Assembly: GCF_000012805.1 (NCBI RefSeq)
Contig: NC_007484.1
Location: 1,020,001-1,052,000, forward strand
DNA from: Nitrosococcus oceani ATCC 19707
Lineage (GTDB): Bacteria; Pseudomonadota; Gammaproteobacteria; Nitrosococcales; Nitrosococcaceae
Reading direction: 5' to 3'
DNA length: 32,000 nt
In this document: piece after piece, positions 26,692 to 32,000 of the stretch
How positions within the stretch are numbered: the stretch's first letter is position 1
Layout of the letters: the number at the start of each line of letters is the position of its first letter
Notes under the pieces: model-generated
Database searches by the model: none
Told to the model about the DNA's origin: nothing
The model's input: the letters and a program-made list of their open reading frames with translations, nothing else
Translations under genes and position numbers: made by a program

Positions 26692-28233
26692 ATGGAACAG
26701 GAAACCCATCGTTCGATTCTCGCTGATTTAGTGGACTTCAGTACACAAATGGATTTGGATGCCGTCATGGAGCCTGGAGATGTGCGTCGCCGTGACCGTA
26801 GTATTGGGCGAGAGCTGGAGCACCTTGCAGATAAGCCTCGGAGCCAGCTTCGCCAATGGCTATGGCGGGTTGCTGAGAACAAACATGATTTCCCTGGTAA
26901 TAATGCCGCTAAAACCCTTCGTTTAGTGATGCTAGTGTTGTTTTTTTTCGGGGTGACTGTCGGCTGGATAGCAGCATTGGGGGTGTTCGCCTATGATGGC
27001 ACGCAGCCGGTCAATGTGGTTAATGTATTGGCGGTATTTGTGGGACTCCAAATTCTGCTTTTACTGATGTCCGCTATTATTGCACTGCCACGGAATATAC
27101 TCCGTTTTATCCCTGGAACACGCTCACTGCAGGATCTTTTTGGTGTGTTGAGTCCGGGACGGTTAGCGCCTACAATCGCACGGTTTTTATCGCCAGATTA
27201 CCGTTTGGCCTTTGAAGCAGCCTTGGGTCGCCAAAAGGCGCACCATATTACGTATGGCCGCGTGAGGAAATGGTTGATACTGCAATTCTCCCAGGTATTT
27301 GCCGTGGCTTTCAATTTGGGAGCATTAATCGGCTGCCTTTATCTAGTTACGATTTCTGATCTAGCCTTTGGATGGAGTACGACATTAACGTTTCAGGCTG
27401 AAAAATTCCATTGGTTAGTACAGCAATTAGCTTGGCCGTGGCGCGATTGGCTTGGGAGCGCTGTTCCTTCCGCCAATCTCATTGAGGTGACCCGGTTTTA
27501 TCGTCTTGACGAAGGCATTTTGCCAAATGCAATGAAGCTAGAGTCTAAAGATGCTTCCATTCTAGGTCAGTGGTGGCAATTTTTGCTTCTAGCAATTATC
27601 TTTTATGGTTTGCTACCACGGCTTTTTACGTTAGCTTTTGCTCGCTGGCGCCTTAACGTTGCGTTAAACAATGCTTTCATCCACGCACCAGGGGCTACTC
27701 AGGTTCTTGATCGCATGAATCATGCGGTAGTTGAAACGGCGGCGGTAGAACCCGAGGCAGGAGCAGTACCGATGCCAGAGGTGGTGCCATCTTTTCATGG
27801 CGAGAATTTCGCTGGAATTAAGGGGTACCTTGTTAATTGGGCTGGAATTAATTTGGATGAAAGTCAGTTAGAAAATACGTTGCGGGCGGCCATGGCGGTA
27901 AAGATCGATCAGGTGTTCCATGCGGGCGGTAAAAGCCCTATTGAGCAAGATCAGCGTATTATCGGAAAGTTGCAAGCGGCGGCGGATACAATGGCTATTG
28001 TAGTTGCTGTAAAATCATGGGAGCCTCCTCTCTTGGAATTTTTAGATTTTTTAGAAGCACTCCGATCTGCATTGGGTCCACAGCGATTAATTACGGTGAT
28101 TCCGTTAGCGCTTAACCATAGGGGTGATCTGGTTTCTGCCGATTCCAGTGATTTAGATATTTGGCGGAAAAAGCTGCAGATTCTTGGAGATCCCCAGCTT
28201 GATTTTCGCCCATTGAATTTTAAGGCAAGCTAA
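26692..28233 (+). CDS. Polytopic membrane protein of unknown function (resembles DUF2868 family, from memory)
   Basis: A 513-aa ORF with a charged N-terminus, at least four hydrophobic helices and a soluble C-terminal domain of about 170 aa. It is translationally coupled to the downstream GTPase gene (TAATG overlap at 28231-28235). Confidence 0.7.
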   Translation: MEQETHRSILADLVDFSTQMDLDAVMEPGDVRRRDRSIGRELEHLADKPRSQLRQWLWRVAENKHDFPGNNAAKTLRLVMLVLFFFGVTVGWIAALGVFAYDGTQPVNVVNVLAVFVGLQILLLLMSAIIALPRNILRFIPGTRSLQDLFGVLSPGRLAPTIARFLSPDYRLAFEAALGRQKAHHITYGRVRKWLILQFSQVFAVAFNLGALIGCLYLVTISDLAFGWSTTLTFQAEKFHWLVQQLAWPWRDWLGSAVPSANLIEVTRFYRLDEGILPNAMKLESKDASILGQWWQFLLLAIIFYGLLPRLFTLAFARWRLNVALNNAFIHAPGATQVLDRMNHAVVETAAVEPEAGAVPMPEVVPSFHGENFAGIKGYLVNWAGINLDESQLENTLRAAMAVKIDQVFHAGGKSPIEQDQRIIGKLQAAADTMAIVVAVKSWEPPLLEFLDFLEALRSALGPQRLITVIPLALNHRGDLVSADSSDLDIWRKKLQILGDPQLDFRPLNFKAS

Positions 28234-29636
28234 TGTCCGCTCCCGTATTTGCGGTGGTGGGTCATCCTAACAAGGGCAAGTCGAGTATTGTGGCTACACT
28301 TGCCCAGGACGATTCGGTCCAAATTTCATTGATACCTGGTACCACTGCTAAATGCCGCCATTTCCCCATGAAGGTGGATGGTGAAGTGCAATATATTTTG
28401 GTGGATACACCAGGGTTTCAGCGAGCACGGCAGGTATTGGCATGGATGAAAGCACGGGCGACAACGGCAGCAGAAAGAACCGCAGTCGTTTGCCAGTTTG
28501 TGGAATCTCATCGCGATACGGGTAAATTCGTTGACGAATGTGAATTGCTTGAACCTCTCATTAAGGGTGCAGGCATTTTGTATGTTATCGATGGCTCTCG
28601 CCCCTATGGCGAGGAGTATGAAGCTGAGATGGAAATTCTCCAATGGACCGGTCAGCCTAGCATCGCCCTTATCAATATGATTGGCCAAGATAGTTATATT
28701 GAAGAGTGGCGCGCTGCGTTAAGCCAGTATTTCAGGATTGTTCGAGTATTTAATGCGGTTACGGCAGAGTTTCACAAGCGTCTTGAATTGCTCAAAGCTT
28801 TTGGGCAATTGCGAGAGGAATGGCGGGTTCCATTAAGCCTAGCAGTAAAAACCCTAGAAGAAGACCGCCGTGCCCGGCGCCAGCGGAGCGCTTCATGTAT
28901 CGCGGAGATGTTGGCCGGAATGATATCGCTTAGGGTGACCAAGCGGCTATCCTCTAAAGAAGACGCCCAATCTCATAAAGCATCATTGACTCAAAAGTAT
29001 CAAGCAAAGCTGCGCAGCTTTGAGCAAAAAGGCCGACGCGCCATTGAAGGCATTTATGATTACCATGAATTAAAATGCCGGGAAAAAGAAATTGAAGTAC
29101 TCGATGAGGATCTGTTTTCTCTTGATAGTTGGAATATTTGGGGGTTAAAACGGCGTCAACTCCTCACCACAGGCGCAGCAAGTGGAGCATTGGTTGGTTC
29201 GGGTGTCGATCTAGCAGTGGGCGGGAGCTCTTTGTTATTGGGTGCAACCATTGGTTCCATGGTGGGAGGGGCCTCGGCCTGGTTCTCTTATAACCGTATT
29301 GCGGACGTTAAAATGCTAGGATTGCCGTTGGGTGGAACAGAACTCCGGGTGGGACCCGCCGGCAACATTAATTTTCCCTACGTGGTGTTGGGACGGGCGC
29401 TTTATCACCATGCCGCCGTGACCCGCCGGACTCATGCTCAACGGGATATTCTTAGCCTTGATAATGCAACTGAAACCGCCAGCGCTCGATCTCTTCCAGA
29501 ACAGCAGCGGAAAAAATTAGAAAAAGTGTTTACCCAACTTCGAAATACGGAGGATAATAATGCCGATCCCACTTTAGTAGACCGCTTAGCGGGAATTATT
29601 GAGAATATTATGGAAGATTCGGATCGAATAGTTTAG
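28233..29636 (+). CDS. Membrane-anchored GTPase of unknown function (resembles GTPase/DUF3482 family, from memory)
   Basis: A 467-aa ORF with G1 GHPNKGKSS, G2 PGTT and G3 DTPG. The G4 position reads NMIG rather than NKxD. A charged helical middle region is followed by a C-terminal glycine-zipper hydrophobic hairpin, GAASGALVGSGVDLAVGGSSLLLGATIGSMVGGASAW. Confidence 0.75.
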   Translation: MSAPVFAVVGHPNKGKSSIVATLAQDDSVQISLIPGTTAKCRHFPMKVDGEVQYILVDTPGFQRARQVLAWMKARATTAAERTAVVCQFVESHRDTGKFVDECELLEPLIKGAGILYVIDGSRPYGEEYEAEMEILQWTGQPSIALINMIGQDSYIEEWRAALSQYFRIVRVFNAVTAEFHKRLELLKAFGQLREEWRVPLSLAVKTLEEDRRARRQRSASCIAEMLAGMISLRVTKRLSSKEDAQSHKASLTQKYQAKLRSFEQKGRRAIEGIYDYHELKCREKEIEVLDEDLFSLDSWNIWGLKRRQLLTTGAASGALVGSGVDLAVGGSSLLLGATIGSMVGGASAWFSYNRIADVKMLGLPLGGTELRVGPAGNINFPYVVLGRALYHHAAVTRRTHAQRDILSLDNATETASARSLPEQQRKKLEKVFTQLRNTEDNNADPTLVDRLAGIIENIMEDSDRIV

Positions 29637-29690
29637 GGCTCTTGGTTTAAACTGCGATCATATATGGCTATTTTCTAGTACGGGATAAAA

Positions 29691-30521
29691 CTATCTCCGA
29701 GAGGATTCAATATCAGGATGAGGGATATTCTTACCATAGAAAATTTCCAGCATTTCGTTCTTTACTCGATCAGCAATTGCTTGCTGCTCCTGGGAGGCAA
29801 GGTCACAAGCATTTCCTCCAAATAGGTAATCATCAAGCTCAAAATCCTTAAGCATCATCTTGGTGTGAAAGATATTTTCCTGATAAATATTCACATCGAT
29901 CATATGGTACCGTCCCTTGGTGTCTTCAGCGATGAAATTTTGAATGGAATTGATGGCGTGATCAATAAAATGCTTTCCTCCATACACGTTGCGGGTAAAG
30001 CCCCGCACCCGATAATCCATAGTGACGATATCCGATTCTAAACTATGAATAAGATAGTTTAGAGCTCGTAATGGCGATACCCGGCCGCAAGTGGAAACAT
30101 CGATGTCTGCGCGGAATGTACTAATCCCGTTTTCCGGGTGACTCTCCGGGTAAGTATGGACGGTGAGATGGCTCTTATCTAAGTGACAGACGAGACTTTC
30201 CGGCAGAGGTCCCGGTTCTTCCGCGTTGGTAAATTGCTGATGTATCTCAGTCTCATCCTCAGCAATCAGCATGGTCACGCTGGCCCCCTGGGGTTCATAA
30301 TTTTGCCGGGCAACATTCAAGATGTTAGCGCCAATAATTTCGGCAACCTCAGTGAGGATATGAGTTAGCCGCTCAGCATTATATTCTTCATCGATATATT
30401 CAATATATTCTCGGCGCTGCTGGAATGTTTGAGCATAACAAATATCATAAACATTGAAGCTCAACGTCTTGGTTAAGTTATTGAAACCATGTAACTTAAT
30501 TTTGTTAAAGGCACGGGTCAT
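29691..30521 (-). CDS. speD: S-adenosylmethionine decarboxylase proenzyme (E. coli-type, pyruvoyl-dependent)
   Basis: [22 protein letters not shown]..., [23 protein letters not shown] and the self-processing site [14 protein letters not shown] closely follow E. coli SpeD. Confidence 0.92.
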
Positions 30522-30594
30522 CGCTGGTGTCCCTTTCCTTCTGGCTGGCTAATGATGCTATTATTAACTCCTCTAGCGGGCCGCGCATTATCCA

Positions 30595-30993
30595 CTATTT
30601 TGCAGTAAAAGAGGAGTGGTAAATAAGCTGCAGGATTGTGCCGGCAGGATCGGTACAGTAGAAACTACGCGCGCCATCCCGATGAGTGCGCGGCATTGTT
30701 TTTATGGGAACATGCTGGGCCTTGAGATACTCATACCAAGCGTCTATCGCCTCAGGAGTACGAATAGCAAAGCCCATATGATCCAATCTCTGTGGTCCTT
30801 CCGGGAGTTGATCCGGAGGCGTTCGGTGTAATGCTAGACTATCGTTTCCCGAAGTAAGATATACATTATCTGGATCTGGACGCCATTCGACTCGCATCCC
30901 AAGGAGTTCTACATAGAAATTTTCGCAGGCATCAAGATCGCTTACGAATAAGGCCACATGGCGCAGACCGGCTGTCGCTGGAGGTTTATTCAA
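30595..30993 (-). CDS. VOC (glyoxalase/bleomycin resistance/dioxygenase) family protein
   Basis: A 132-aa ORF. LRHVALFVSDLDACENFYVELLGM..., LDHMGFAI and FYCTDPAGTILQL are typical of the VOC beta-alpha-beta-beta-beta module. Confidence 0.8.
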   Translation of the reverse strand: MNKPPATAGLRHVALFVSDLDACENFYVELLGMRVEWRPDPDNVYLTSGNDSLALHRTPPDQLPEGPQRLDHMGFAIRTPEAIDAWYEYLKAQHVPIKTMPRTHRDGARSFYCTDPAGTILQLIYHSSFTAK

Positions 30994-31106
30994 TAGTCGC
31001 TATCCTCTCAAAAATTACCTATAAACTTAAGTTCTACCATTACGGCGGCTTCTAATACAACCCCATTGTTTTAGTTTAGGTATAGATTAGGCATTTTTTC
31101 TTCAAG

Positions 31107-31526
31107 CTAGTCGATATCAATAATCTCGTAATCATGGCTAATAGAAGCGACTTTACCCAACATGATAGAAGCGGAGCAGTATTTTTCGCTAGAGAGTTTA
31201 ATGGCTCTTTTGACATGATGTTCTTTGAGTCCGTGGCCAGAAACTTTAAAATGGACATGAATATGGGTAAATACTTTGGGTATGGTTTCCGCCCGCTTGG
31301 CCGAAATCTCTACCACGCAGTCGGTAATGGGCTGCCGGCTTTTCTGTAAAATTTGCACAACATCAAAGGCGGTACAGCCACCCAGACCTAGCAAGAGCAT
31401 TTCCATGGGCCGAACGCCTCGGTTGTGCCCACCGTTCCCAGGAGGTCCATCCATCACTATGGTATGGCCACTTCCTGATTGGCCGGTAAAGCTGCTTTTC
31501 TCGATCCATTTAATACGGGCTTTCAT
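31107..31526 (-). CDS. OsmC/Ohr family (YhfA-like) protein
   Basis: I set the start at the ATG at 31526 (M16 of the track ORF), which has a GGAG 8 nt upstream. RPMEMLLLGLGGCTAFDVVQIL and KYCSASIML carry the two conserved OsmC-family cysteines. Confidence 0.8.
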   Translation of the reverse strand: MKARIKWIEKSSFTGQSGSGHTIVMDGPPGNGGHNRGVRPMEMLLLGLGGCTAFDVVQILQKSRQPITDCVVEISAKRAETIPKVFTHIHVHFKVSGHGLKEHHVKRAIKLSSEKYCSASIMLGKVASISHDYEIIDID

Positions 31527-31645
31527 AAACGATAGCTCCAGGGTAATTAAAGATGTTCCTATTGTTGCCAATACTACTATAGGTTGAGTTCACTATAGGA
31601 TAAGAGCGCTGAGTCATGATTGGGTCTAGGCTAGAAAGGACTACC

Positions 31646-32000
31646 ATGGGACGGAATTTGCCCCTAGCGGGACAGGATTCCATCGAGTGTTTCCTTGAGT
31701 ATTGTCATATTAAGAATTTTTCTGCTAAGGTACCCATTCTTCGCCCTGGAGACCCAGCGGATACGCTGTATTATATTCGCAAGGGCTCTGCAACCGTCTA
31801 TATAGAAGACGAAGAGGGCAACCAGCTTATCTTGGCCTACCTTAACCAGGGAGATTTTATCGGTGAGATGGGGTTGTTCGCCGAGATTCAGAATCGGAGT
31901 GTGCTCATACAAGCCCGAACTCCCTGCCAGTTAGCGGCAATCACCTATGAGCGACTGCGGTATTTATCCCAAGGGCCGCTGGCAGAGCATTATCATCGGA
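31646..32000 (+). CDS. crp: cAMP receptor protein Crp/Vfr, 3' end outside window
   Basis: This gene is not in the ORF track because there is no stop inside the window. Hand translation gives [78 protein letters not shown]..., which aligns residue for residue with E. coli CRP (TLEWFLSHCHIHKY...[38 protein letters not shown]). An AAGGA Shine-Dalgarno lies 8 nt upstream. Confidence 0.9.
   Translation, partial: [118 protein letters not shown]

Noticed and set aside
31664-31912. The 82-aa minus-strand ORF at the right end.
   Set aside because: It is antisense to the crp/vfr reading frame, which aligns residue for residue with E. coli CRP.
1-32000. CRISPR arrays, rRNA genes, intact IS elements or transposases, toxin-antitoxin pairs and recognised defence-system genes.
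   Set aside because: I saw no regularly spaced direct repeats, no rRNA-like sequence, no transposase-like ORF and no nuclease, methylase or helicase-type defence genes while reading both strands.

Overview
This window looks like a gammaproteobacterial chromosomal segment of roughly 50% GC, and most of it is housekeeping. All calls come from reading the ORF translations and the DNA by eye; no searches were run and the species cannot be determined. From left to right:

- **Conserved block (1-5765):** recA (5' partial), recX, alaS, lysC, csrA and tRNA-Ser(GCU).
- **GC-rich scar (about 5870-7432):** a non-coding stretch directly after the tRNA. It holds a frameshifted, doubly truncated P4-type integrase remnant and a secreted-protein pseudogene, so I read it as a decayed tRNA-Ser genomic island.
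- **7743-10242:** a GlgE-like GH13 gene, then a convergent pair of unknown genes (a secreted 257-aa protein and a 98-aa protein).
- **ABC importer (10732-15596):** a Dpp/Yej-type operon with two permeases and a fused double ATPase, but no binding-protein gene. About 620 nt between the second permease and the ATPase carry a frameshifted, 3'-truncated voltage-sensor (Ion_trans-like) gene remnant.
- **15942-18988:** an orphan glcF-like Fe-S protein, coq7, and an acidic-repeat LysM protein followed by a strong bidirectional terminator.
- **Cytochrome c maturation (19073-26282, minus strand):** a complete System I cluster, ccmABC-DEFGHI. It includes a 52-codon ccmD below the ORF-track cutoff and an unusual 232-nt gap between ccmC and ccmD.
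- **Uncharacterised module (26692-29636):** a translationally coupled pair, one polytopic membrane protein plus one membrane-anchored GTPase. It resembles the DUF2868/DUF3482 pair as I recall it.
- **Right end (29691-32000):** speD, a VOC-family protein, an OsmC-like protein and crp/vfr (3' partial).

I saw no CRISPR array, rRNA gene or intact IS element. The best candidates for unexplored biology are the GTPase/membrane-protein module, the channel remnant inside the ABC operon, and the decayed island.
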